From positions 139,175 to 171,749 of the forward strand of contig NW_008246148.1 in the NCBI RefSeq assembly GCF_000281045.1: a stretch of 32,575 nucleotides of DNA, read 5' to 3'. The position numbers and the translations under genes are program-made. Source of the DNA: Saprolegnia diclina VS20. Taxonomy: Eukaryota. Shown here one piece after another: positions 10,627 to 21,314 of the stretch; positions within the stretch are counted from its first letter, which is position 1; each line of letters opens with the position of its first letter. Below the pieces are notes generated by a model that saw nothing but the letters and a program-made list of their open reading frames with translations, searched no databases and was not told the origin of the DNA.

Positions 10627-10691
10627 GACGTCCTTTCTCGTCATCCGGATATCGCACCGCCCACAGGCTGCCAGCTCATAAGTATCCGGAT
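10627..10691 (-). repeat. 65-bp dispersed repeat, copy B (inverted relative to 3406-3470)
   Basis: Reverse complement reads atccggatacttatgagctggcagcctgtgggcggtgcgatatccggatgacgagaaaggacgtc; 58/65 identical to copy A. Confidence 0.9.
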
Positions 10692-10816
10692 ACGAAACGC
10701 TCCAACCGCCTTGGCCACCGTGACGACGCAGCCTCGACTGGCGGCAACATATACGAGCGGTACACGTGCTTGGAGGTGCTAGTAGCAGGCGGCATCCTGC
10801 ACGGCAAAGCCGGGAG

Positions 10817-10916
10817 NNNNNNNNNNNNNNNNNNNNNNNNNNNNNNNNNNNNNNNNNNNNNNNNNNNNNNNNNNNNNNNNNNNNNNNNNNNNNNNNNNNN
10901 NNNNNNNNNNNNNNNN
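10817..10916. other. 100-N scaffold gap
   Basis: Run of 100 N. Confidence 0.99.
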
Positions 10917-11228
10917 GATACTCACGGTCTTTGGATATGGACTCGCGTAAGGAGTGGGACCGCATCTTCAAACCTCGCCTCGCCCAAAACGACGCATCGT
11001 ACGCGTCTGGGGAATACATGCTTGTGTGCACGAGACCTTGGCGCGACGGCCATGGGGGTACATTCGCGCGCTAGTCGCGGCCCACGCATGCAAAAGGTAC
11101 TGGCAGAGTGGATTGATGATGCCTAGGCCGTCATCCGGATAGTCCGGATACTGGCACTAACGGCAATCTCAGCAGCATTTGGCAGTCGGCTGGCTTCTTG
11201 GTCGCATCACACATCGTCGTTGTCGTCC

Positions 11229-12766
11229 ATGATGTCAACTAGCGAGGCGAGTCCAGCGGACGTGATCACAATGACAGACTTACACTTCCTCCTCGCGACC
11301 GATAGCCACCTCCAGGACGAGCTTGCTGAAGTGTGCCACCTCCTCGATGCGTACGCAAGCGACGGCCTTGCCGAGTCGGTCTACAGCACGTCGTCCGACA
11401 ACGAGACAACCAAAAAGACGATCGACTCGATTCTCGAGGACTTCCACACAACGCTCGACGAAGAAGCCGTGGCGCCTGCAAAAGCACCAAAGGCGCCGCG
11501 TCGGAAGCGCAAGAAGATCATCGACGAAGAGCCGCTGCCAGCGGTCGGCGCACGCAACAAGTTTCAGTACCGCCAAAAGCAAGAGATTCTACGTCTCCGA
11601 AAAGAAGTCGCCGAGCTCCAAGAGACGCTCGAGACAAGCAAGGCGTCGACGGCACTTACGCAGAACGTCGACTGGGAAGCAGCTGCGCGACGCCACTTTG
11701 CTGAGAGCCGCCGCGCGATGGCCGAGCACCACCAGTTGCGCGCGGCCGTCGCGCACCAAACGACCTTGATCGACTCGATGAAGGCGTACATCCACAAGAA
11801 GCCTCGCATTGACGTACGTCATATGCACGCCTCACGCGACAAGGACGATCCATGTGCTAGGTGACCTCGAGCGAGGAGACGTGGGCCCAGTACAAGCTCG
11901 CCGCGCAGCACTCGCTCCGTGTCGCGGCCATCCACGCGATCGCCGACCGGCAGTACGCTCGGCAGCGGCCTGCGTTCGACAAGGCTGGCCTTCTCGCCAA
12001 CGACAACGAGGTACACATTGCACGGGCGCTCCGGCCACACGCCGAGAGCTGCGTGTTGCTCGAATTCATCAACCAACTACGACACCCCGCGCCCTTTCAC
12101 GTCATTGGTGATGCGATCTGGTCCGTCATGAATGGCGAGAACGGCCAAGAGGTGGCTGCGGACGCGACGCAGGTACCTTTTTATGCATTTGACAAATTGT
12201 CATGTGTGCTGTAGACGATCGACCTCATTGACGACGATACGGTCTACCAACGATACACGCAAGCCATGTCGCCAAGTACGACGATTCACGCCAACACGAT
12301 CGCCAAGCAGTACCGGGAAGACCACCGGCGCGTCATCGTCTGGCGCAATGTGCTCGAGGACGAGCGCGTGCCGCACATGTCGCGCGGCGCACGCGAGCAG
12401 CAGTGGGGCTGGTACGATGCTGCGAAGCTTCGTACGACGATACGAAAGTTGCGTTTCGATAGGGCGATCGCGGAAGACGAAGGCCCGCGGCAGTGCAAAC
12501 TCACAATCTATCTTCAAGTGCCGTTGGACCGGAGCCACTGCGATGACGTGGCACTCGCGCAAGCGTCGTTGCAGCAAATGCAGTTTAGCACGCCGACGGA
12601 CAATGCACAGGACGCAGCGAGCCGCCCGGTCCACCCAACGGCCGCCGTCATGAGCGCGCTCATGGGCAAAGGCCGGCTCTTTGAGCTCGCCCTGCGCAAG
12701 GCGATCCGGAAGGCCATCGAGTCGCACTACTACGCGATGAGCCAGCCTCGCGTCGGCGGTGTATGA
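11229..12766 (+). CDS. Oomycete M96-like family protein (basic/coiled-coil N-half plus START-like C-half), paralog A, about 465 aa; exons 11229-11813, 11861-12172, 12215-12411, 12463-12766
   Basis: Splices into one frame; RNKFQYRQKQEILRLRKEVAELQ basic-zipper-like segment; clear paralogy with the next gene (L.FL.ATD..L..EL...C.LLD; W.QYKLAA..HLR.AAIHAIADR.Y; IVWR.VLED; QWGW). Family label from memory, moderate certainty. Confidence 0.7.
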
Positions 12767-13137
12767 GGCAGCGGCGCATACGAGGAGACCCAGACCCACG
12801 ATGTGACCGAGCCTACGCCAGAGCCGTAAGTCGACTAGAGTAGTACCGTGCTCAACGCACGTACCAAGCGGCGCCCACTTTTCGTAATCATGCAGAAGGA
12901 CTTCGTGTTTGCCTCTAATTGGTTCAGCGTCGCGGGGTCGTTGAGATGAAGGCTCACTGCATGCGGAGCCTCTACTCATCTGCGCCAGCATGAGCTCTCC
13001 GCCAACAAGCACCACGTGGTCGCAAGCGCCGGCGTCATGCGCTGCCATGGTGGCCTGTTTGGCAAAGAGGAGTGATGGTCGCAAATGTGGGTCATTTTAC
13101 TGGACACTGCCGAAGGTCGCCGAGTACGGCAAGAGCG

Positions 13138-14526
13138 ATGGCAGAGAAGCGAGCGATGATGCATGGCCTCGAGTTCCTCATCGCGACGGACGCGGAGCTG
13201 CACACGGAGCTCTCGGCCATGTGCGACCTCCTCGACACGCTCCACGGGAGCGACAGCTCGTCTTCGTCGGCGACGGCCACGTCGCCCATCGTCGAGGCCG
13301 CGCTTGACGACTTTGCGGCGCCGGCGCCGACCAAACGCAAGGCCGAGACCAACCTCGTCCGCGCCAAGAACAAGTTTCAGTTCAAGCAGCGCCAAGAGAT
13401 CTTGCAGCTGCGCACGGACGTGACCGCGCTCCAAGCGCGCCTGCGCGAGCTCAAGGCCAAGGGCGACGCCGCGCTGCCGCCGACGACGATGTGGTCGACG
13501 ATCGCCAAGCAGGAGCTGCTTACCAAGACCGAGGCGCTGCAGGAAAACGCTCATTTACGCAGCGAAGTCGACCGGCAAGTCACGTTTGTCGACGCGATGC
13601 TAACGCTGCTCCGAAAACGTCCGATGCTGCAGGTACGTACGTGCAAGACGTTATGCGCATCGAAGACGCCTCATTAGACGGACGTTCACAACAGCCACAT
13701 GGCCGACTGGAAGCAGTACAAGCTCGCGGCCGCCCAGCACCTCCGACTTGCCGCGATCCACGCGATTGCGGATCGCGAGTACTCGCGGCAACAGACGGCC
13801 TACCTCAACGCCGGCCTGTACCCGGTCTCAGGTGTCCAAGACTACCGGGCCGAGGCGGTCACTGAGCCCAACGGCTCGGTCACGGCCAAGTTTATCGTGC
13901 GCGACACATACGATGCGCCCATGGATCTTGTCGCGGAAGCGTTCTGGGACGTCTTCACCGGCGACAAGGTCGTGCCCGTGGCTGTCGGTGCCACCTACGT
14001 ACGTTACTGCGAGTCCTCGAGTCGCATGACATCTTGTCCACCGTAGACCATCGAGCGCATTGACAATGATACAGTATACCAAAAGTACCACGCGGCCGTC
14101 GGCGGCATCCCGATCCACCTCAACGTGATCGCCAAGATGATTCGCGAGCCGTCGCGACGCCTTATTGTGTGGCGGTCCGTGCTCGAAGACGCGCTCCAGC
14201 CGCATCTGAGCGTCGGCGTCACCGGCGTGCAGTGGGGCTGGACGACCGTCGAGGTCGGCACGAACGGGCTCGTGGACTTTACGTTTCTCTGCCACGTCAA
14301 CACGTGCCGTGCCGAAGACGAGCATGAAGTGCGAGCCAAGATGCGCGAGTTTCGCTTTTGCGAGAAGGACGCGGCGACCAACTTGCCGTGGGACGAAATG
14401 CGTCGCAGCCCCATGGAGGTCTTTATGGAGCGAGGTCGACGCTGGGAGATTACGTTTCGCGAGTCGATCGCTGACCGCGTCCGCGCCTACCACGCCGCAA
14501 GACAGGCGAGTCATGTGGCTGTGTAG
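13138..14526 (+). CDS. Oomycete M96-like family protein, tandem paralog B, about 431 aa; exons 13138-13632, 13678-13998, 14047-14526
   Basis: Same motifs and same first two intron positions as paralog A; clean GT-AG splicing (45 and 48 nt). Confidence 0.7.
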
Positions 14527-15506
14527 TACTACTCGTGTTTGTGATGGGGGCGAGACTAATCACACGCCGCCTTGTTTGTATCTTCTGTGCATTCTTTTAG
14601 CCTCGTCGGAAACGACTCTTCAAGTCTCTGCGAAGAGCGCCACCGTGGCCACGATGTGAGCCGTCAAGTTACTACGAGGCCACTTAAAAGGCGTGTCCAA
14701 GCCGCACTTTATAGCCCTTCAGCTGAGGACTCCATAACTCCCCACGGGAAGTAAACGGATTTCGAAGTAAGAATAATCCGATGACAAAAGGTGTCGATGG
14801 CAAAAAGGTTGCTGGGTTTGGAGGAATGGTCGTCTTCAGCTGCACGCAGCAGCAGAGTGATTCGGACACAGACGATTTCAAGGATCGCAGCCTCTTGGCC
14901 AAGACCATTACATATATGCTCATACTATGCACCCAGTTCACACCGCGTCCGCGTCGCAGCGCAGCTACACCAGCCCACAGCATGGAGTTTTTGGCTTTTT
15001 TATAACTAAAGTTACTAGCTCATCAACCACATTTCGGATGTCTTCGAGTGTAGGCAGCGACAGATTGAGTCTCCGCTTGCTCCTCATATGGTAAACACTG
15101 CGTAAGCGAGTCGCAGCTAAGAGTCGATCTTATCGCTGGTCGAGTTGGCACTGTGTTCGTGTTGGCACTGCTGACTAACGAGGATGTATGGGTGCGAGTT
15201 CCTTGCCACGGAACGATTCCTCGAAAGGAGACAACGGTTGATGCGCGCGTGCAATGCACACGCCATGAACGTCCAGTGTTGTCCGTCATCGTATCTACTC
15301 GAAATACTCTAAATACTCTATACTCTCCTTGAGAATAAACCCGGGAATTCCAGTCCACCACATGTGTTCGATTAGCGTTACGTCCAGCTCAAGTTAGAGT
15401 GGTACTTGCCGCTGGGCCGTGCCGGCTCGTGACATGTCGGCGACCCGATCTCTCGATGGAACTCCAGTTGCTGGCCCTGTCTAAGGAGATGAGGCGGGAT
15501 TCACAA

Positions 15507-15522
15507 GCTCATTGTGCATTTG
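15507..15522 (+). promoter_or_regulatory. Oomycete INR/FPR-like core promoter of the LPMO gene
   Basis: GCTCATTGTGCATTTG resembles the oomycete consensus GCTCATTYBNNNWTTY and ends 30 nt upstream of ATG 15552. Confidence 0.5.
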
Positions 15523-15551
15523 CCCTCGACACCCGCACTACTCGTATCATC

Positions 15552-16568
15552 ATGAAGACCACGTCGGTTGCGCTCCTTGCCCTGCTTGGCGCGACGCAAG
15601 TCGAGGCCCACGGCCGCATGCTCTCGCCCCTTCAGCGCGGCTCGATGTTCCGTCTCTCGCAGTTCAGCTTTGTGCCCGAAGACTGGGACGACGATGGGCT
15701 CAACGCCGGCGGCATTGGCTCCAAGCACGGCGTCTGCGGTGACCCGTACGGCGGCACACGCCACCACGAGACGGGCGGCAAGTACGCGCTCTTCCCCAAG
15801 TATGGCGAGAAGGCGATCGCGGCCTGCTACAAGCCGGGCTCGACCATCGATATCGACGTCCAGATCACGGCCAACCACCGCGGCAGCTTCACGTTTGGCC
15901 TCTGCAAGCTCAACGGCAAGAACGACAAGGAGACCGAAGAGTGCTTTACGGAGCTCAAGCGTCCGAACGGCGAGACCAAGTGGAAGCTGCCGGGCGGCAA
16001 CAAGAACTTCAAGATGCAGTACACCCTTCCGGAGGGCGTCACGTGCAGCGGCGACGCACACTGCGTGCTGCGCTGGTGGTATACCGGTGGCAACAACCCC
16101 GGTGGCGCCGACCAGCAGGAACAGTTTTGGAACTGCGCCGACATTAACATTAGCGATACGTGCGACCCGTCCAAGAACCCGAACGTGACGCCCGTGCCCA
16201 CGGACCGCCCGTCGCCCAACGATGGCGGGTCGAGCTCCGGCTGGGACGATGAGCCCACGGACGCGCCCAAGCCCACGACCAAGCCGACGCACGCGCCGAC
16301 GACCAAGCCCACCACCAAGCCGTCTGAGAAACCCACCACCAAGCCGTCGGAGAAGCCTACGACCAAGCCTACGAAGAAGCCGTCGGAGAAGCCGACAAAG
16401 GCACCGGCCGAGCCGACCCAAAAGCCGATCGACATCAAGGACGCCAAGAAGGCATGGGAGCAGTGCGGCGGGAAGGACTACACGGGCAACACTGAGTGTG
16501 TCTCTGGCACGATCTGCTCGACGCAGGACGAGTGGTACTCGCAGTGCATTCCCAAACGTCTGCGCTAA
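15552..16568 (+). CDS. Secreted lytic polysaccharide monooxygenase (AA15-like) with P/T/K linker and C-terminal CBM1, 338 aa, intronless
   Basis: Signal peptide [19 protein letters not shown] ends right before His1 (HGRMLSP); second brace His in [53 protein letters not shown]1 [31 protein letters not shown]. Confidence 0.92.
   Translation: MKTTSVALLALLGATQVEAHGRMLSPLQRGSMFRLSQFSFVPEDWDDDGLNAGGIGSKHGVCGDPYGGTRHHETGGKYALFPKYGEKAIAACYKPGSTIDIDVQITANHRGSFTFGLCKLNGKNDKETEECFTELKRPNGETKWKLPGGNKNFKMQYTLPEGVTCSGDAHCVLRWWYTGGNNPGGADQQEQFWNCADINISDTCDPSKNPNVTPVPTDRPSPNDGGSSSGWDDEPTDAPKPTTKPTHAPTTKPTTKPSEKPTTKPSEKPTTKPTKKPSEKPTKAPAEPTQKPIDIKDAKKAWEQCGGKDYTGNTECVSGTICSTQDEWYSQCIPKRLR
16254..16426 (+). 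repeat. Coding tandem repeat (PTTK/PSEK, 12-nt units) forming the LPMO linker
   Basis: [58 protein letters not shown]. Confidence 0.85.
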
Positions 16569-16809
16569 ACCAAATTTCATGTTTTGATAAAACCTCTAAT
16601 CCTATCCCTGTATTTGTCCAAAACGGGTTCTATTCACGCATTTTCTCAGAGCTCGTAGTAGCCACGCTCGGAAGTACCGGCGCCAGCACCACGAGCTGAC
16701 ACCAACTTCTTGTCCTTCCAAGTACTGACATCTTGTCACTCGGCGCGTCCACAGAGGCACGAGATTGCGCGACTTCGAAATCCGGATACGCAGTCGGTTT
16801 TACTCTGCG

Positions 16810-17792
16810 ATGCTGCGCAATGTGCTGCTCATGGCGACGAGCGGCCTCGTGCTCTTCTCCAAAGAGTTTGCCAACGCGATCGCGCAGGTCCGTGCGTCAA
16901 ATGACAAGTTGTGCATCCTACACGACCTCTAGCCCCGGCTCATTGGGTCGCTCCTCACGGCGATGCTCGAGTTCTCGGCCAAGACCACGGGGGCGCCCGT
17001 GTCCTTTATCGAGTTTGCCAACGGTACATCGACTCGCTCCTCGTCCGCTGCACTATGCAGCGATGCCTTAGTCGCCGTCACGATCGTGACCAACGAGAGC
17101 GCCAAGGTGTGCTGTGCGCTCTTCTTTGACGTGGCGGACGGCCCCAAGTTTGGAGCGTTCCTCGCCCACGAGATCTTGGCCGCGTTCGTCGACGAGTACG
17201 CAAGCGACCTCGGCAACATTGGCCACAATTTACGGGACTTTCATGGCTTTCACTACAAAATTTCGGAAATCATCCGCGACGCCATCAAGCCGATCCTCGC
17301 CACACGTACGCACTTGGCCTCGTCAGGTTGCAGTACGATCGTCAATGATGCTAGTGCAGCAGCACCGTGGGATTCAAAAAGCCATCCTCGTCACCGAAGA
17401 CGCCGTGACGCACGCGACGGTCGAAGTCGACCAGCTCGGTGTGTTGGTCAACCTCCAGTCGCTGCGCAACCTCGCCGCCAACATGAGTTGCCCATGCATG
17501 CACTCGATATAAACGCTGAGTCAGGGTGTAGTGGCCTTTGTCGGGGACAGTGCGCAGTCGGTGACGATCCAAGGCGGGCGCAATTGCAGTATCCAAGTCA
17601 GCGCGATTGAAGCCAACGCGACATTGGTCGTCGCGTTCAGGAAGGGCGAGCACGCGGCCAGCTGTCTTGTCGCTATCAACGACGCCATGCACATGCTCAC
17701 GCGCGGTATGTCGAGGGCGCTTGCATCGTTGTGACAGTCGTGTAGTCTGTCACTTGCTCAAGAATTTACATCAAGCCACACGGCCCACATGA
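16810..17792 (+). CDS. Uncharacterised 251-aa protein with a longin-like N-half; exons 16810-16887, 16933-17023, 17072-17305, 17355-17486, 17532-17705, 17746-17792
   Basis: Five GT-AG introns splice to one frame starting MLRNVLLMATSGLVLFSKEF...LIGSLLTAMLEFS...LAHEILAAFVDEY. Start pattern resembles longin domains (fold inferred). Confidence 0.75.
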
Positions 17793-17869
17793 CGACAACA
17801 CGATTTACCAGCCGTGATTTGTATGTATCAAGTGTGTATCAAGTCGACTACTAGTACACGATAATGGGG

Positions 17870-18733
17870 TTAGCTGGCCGCGAGGACCGCGGCGGCGGCC
17901 TGCGCTTGGGCATGCAGCGCCTACGACGATGATAAGACGAGGAAGGCAAACCGGTTGCAGTGTGTACGCGAAACTCGTGCACTGGAAGGTCCTGGAGGTA
18001 GACGTTCTTGGCGCCACTCGCGTCCTGGATGGTCCACTTGAGCGTCACGCGCACGGACGGCGCCGCGGGTGGCGCAAGCCGCACACCGAGCTGCCAGTCC
18101 AAGTCGGCGAGACGACTTGTCGCTGTTGTGGGAGCGTCGCCCCGGACTTGGCGCTTCCACCGCTTGAGGAGCAGAAGCGCAATTGCATCGCGGTGCCGAA
18201 TGCTGCCCAATGCGGCGCGAAGACTGCCAAGGCAGGCCTCCCACGCTGCTTCGTGGCTGGCTTGCACCTCGGCGCCCATGGACGCGACAGGATACTGCAG
18301 CTTTTGCAGTGTCAAGCCGCTACATCGACTGTTAGGACTCGCAGCTCGAGGTCCGCGGTGCAGACCGAACAATGAATTGGAGCCCGGCAGCGATACTACG
18401 TGCATGGGACGGGTCACGAAGGCGAAGCTTTGGCTCCTGCATGGTGCGATTGAACGATTGCCGGTCGTATATGGAGGCTGTACCGTGGATATGCGCGCGT
18501 GCAGCTCGGCTGTTGGCTGGAGTTCACAGGCGAGGCCCACCTAATCAAGGACGTGAAAAGGCTAGCACCGAGTGACCTCGCCACGCACCAGGTCTTCGAA
18601 GAGTGCGCTGTGCTGCGCTGCCAAAGCGTCGAGCAAGGGAGGAAGAAGCGGCCAGCCTACGCGCAGGCGCCGTCGCCAAGTTGGTCGACGGCCGCGACGA
18701 CGTACCCGGGCCACAGCGCAGGAACGCTTCCAT
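17870..18733 (-). CDS. COMM-domain-containing protein (COMMD family), multi-exon
   Basis: C-terminal LADLDWQLGVRLA...PSVRVTLKWTI...YLQDLPVHEFRALHAQAQAAAAVL matches the COMM pattern (conserved W, P.V.L, EF). ATG at 18733; about 5 short GT-AG introns; 5' exon edges less certain. Confidence 0.72.
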
Positions 18734-19449
18734 CGTCGTCCAAACCAAATCTTTGAGTCCCTGTCAGACGCAATGCATAAAGTTTCACAGACTCAGCATC
18801 CGGATACATACCGGATGATGACGTGGCGCTCCGCCTCGCTTGCACCAAGGTTGGCATTGACGCTGTGCCTTTTACGTACTGCGGCGTCAGATACCATACA
18901 AGGCTCGTGCAGTTGGCACGACCGACTGCGAGTCAGGACCATTGCTGTCGACGTGCGTACACTTCTGCAATACGATTGGGACCGATTCAATGTCGAACGC
19001 ACGACAATATACGACTTTAGAAGCGATATTCGATAGTCCTTCTGATTCTTTCCAGTCTTTAACGCTAGGATTCTGCTGATTGTTTTTGATGAGGTCGGCG
19101 CGCTCGTCACAATTGGCGTCTCCATACGGAACAATCATCGCTGCTTCCAGCCCGCTTCGCAGTAGTAGGAAGCGTACTGGAATAGAGCGGCGCCATAAGA
19201 AAACTGCAGTTACCATCGATAATCGATTATACAAATATGGCTAGCAGTTGCGATTATCTGGACCAAGTTGTCTCTTCTTTCGATATCAATATACACGCGA
19301 GGACGAGGATATCATCGACACCGGAAAAAGCGTTTCAGTTTCGATGGTTTATCCGGCACATTGCGTCGATTATCCGGATACTGACCTCGCGGTGTGTTTT
19401 TCGAAAGTCGGCTTTGTGGTCATCGACCTCCTTGCGCTCCGCCGCCGCC

Positions 19450-21121
19450 ATGATCCAGAGCCTCTTCATCCTCACGTCCACGGGCGAGATCATCATCGAA
19501 AAGCACTGGCGGGGCACGACGAACCGCCATGTGTGCGACTTCTTTGTCGAAGAAGTCAACAAGTACAAGCTGCGCGAGGTAGAACCCTGAGCGACAACCA
19601 AGCTGGCAGGTGCCATGGCCATGCATAGGAGGTGCCTCCAATCCTCAACACGAGCAAGCACTACTTCATCAACGTCTACCGTGAAGGCCTCTTCGTCCTC
19701 GCCGTCATCTCGCACGAGGTAGGCGCGATAGCCTGGCTGCAGCCATGCGCTGAGTAACGACGACTAGATCATGCCATTGATTGTCATGGAGCTGCTGCAC
19801 CGCGTCGTCTCGGTCTTCCGCGACTACTTTGGCACGTTTGACGAGAATGCGATCAAGGACAACTTTTCGACTGTCTACCAGCTCCTCGAGGAGATGATTG
19901 ACAACGGCTACCCACTCACAACCGAGCCCAACGCGCTCAAGTCCATGGTCGCGCCGCCGACGACCGTCAACCGCATCGCCGCCATCGTCTCGGTACGACC
20001 GACAGTGTTCTCGCCTATCGTCACGTATGTCCAAGGGTCGGTCGCGCGTCAGCGATGTGCTGCCCGACGGCGCCCTCTCCAACATTCCGTGGCGCAAGGC
20101 TGGTGTCAAGTACACGCAGGTATTGCTGTCTTTTCCACTACATGCATTATGAAGGCTCGGAATAGAACGAAATTTACTTTGACATTGTCGAAGAGATTGA
20201 TGCCATCGTTGATACGCACGGCCAAATGATCTCGTGCGAAGTCAACGGCATCATCAACGGCCACAGCCGGCTCTCGGGCGTGCCCGACCTCACCATGGTG
20301 TTTGTCGACCCCTCGGTCATTGACGACTGCTCATTCCACCCGTGCGTGCGCTACTCGCGCTACGAGCGCGAGCGCGTCGTGTCGTTCGTACCGCCGGACG
20401 GGCAGTTTGAGGTACTTGATAGATTGATATAATTTGGTCCGGAAGACGCTAACTCTGTCGATAGCTCATGCAATACCGCGTCCAAGTGCAGCAAATGGTG
20501 CCGCCGATCTTTTGCCAGCCGCACATCAAGTGGTCGGACAAGGGTGTTGGGACACTCGAGCTCTCGTTGGGCTCGCGCAACATGCCGACGCTCGTCTCCA
20601 ACACGAAAAAGCCGATTCTCGGTATGCGACATGTGTATAGTCCTTTTACTATAACGATTTGGCGTCTAGCGGAAGAGATTACGGTCGAAGTGACCTTTCC
20701 CAAGAGCGTCCGCACGGTCGACACCAACACGGAAGTCGGCAACTGCCTCTACGACGACTCGACCAAGGTACCCGAGACCAACAGACTCGATGTCGACTGG
20801 AGCTGGTGTGCTAGACGATCAAGTGGAACGTCGGGAAGCTCAACACCAAGAAGAACGTGGCGCCGACGCTCAAGGGCTCGGTGCTATTGCAGCCTGGCGC
20901 GGCGATCCCAGGTACAAATTTAATTTTACGAGATAGAAGGACATTCTTGATCTACCCTTCATATAGACGAAAAGCCCATCGTGCTTCTGGGCTTCAAGGT
21001 GCCGTTCACGACAGTGAGTGGGCTCACGGTCGAGACGCTCGTGCTCACCAACGAGTCGTACAAGCCGTACAAGGGGGTGCGTACGCTGACCAAGTCGGGC
21101 CGGTTCCAGATTCGCATGTAA
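19450..21121 (+). CDS. AP3M: AP-3 adaptor complex mu subunit, paralog 1 (9 exons)
   Basis: MIQSLFIL...EIIIEKHWRG, IKDNFSTVYQLLEEMIDNGYPLTTEPNALK, IPWRKAGVKYTQNEIYFDIVEEIDAI, LSGVPDL, DDCSFHPCVRY, SFVPPDGQFELMQY, SGLTVETL, YKPYKGVRTLTKSGRFQIRM. Confidence 0.93.
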
Positions 21122-21314
21122 TGGCGAACGTCGCGCGTCGATTCGGCACAATACATAGAGTGGATACTGCATTTCGTTTTGAGCGACTTGTCTGACAGGC
21201 GGATCGTTAGATTATCGCAGATGGTAATCAAGAGTTATCTTTTTCTATTTTTTATCATGTCTCATAGCCAAACGTGGTTGAGCGGAGCCCTTACATGTCC
21301 TTTTGCTGTCGTCG

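Noticed and set aside
10917..11074. Peptide-like fragment after the second gap (SRKEWDRIFKPRLAQND...)
   Set aside because: Too short and truncated by Ns to assign.
15399..15551. 51-aa N-terminal extension of the LPMO ORF in the track
   Set aside because: Non-ATG start; the signal peptide, His1 and INR/FPR motif place the real start at 15552.
15501..16580. 359-aa antisense ORF with RRLG repeats
   Set aside because: Mirror of the LPMO gene and its PTTK linker.
20412..20464. Conserved AP3M intron as a U12 intron, snoRNA or SECIS
   Set aside because: No GTATCCTT donor or TCCTTAAC branch point, no complete C/D boxes, too short for a snoRNA, and not in a 3' UTR.
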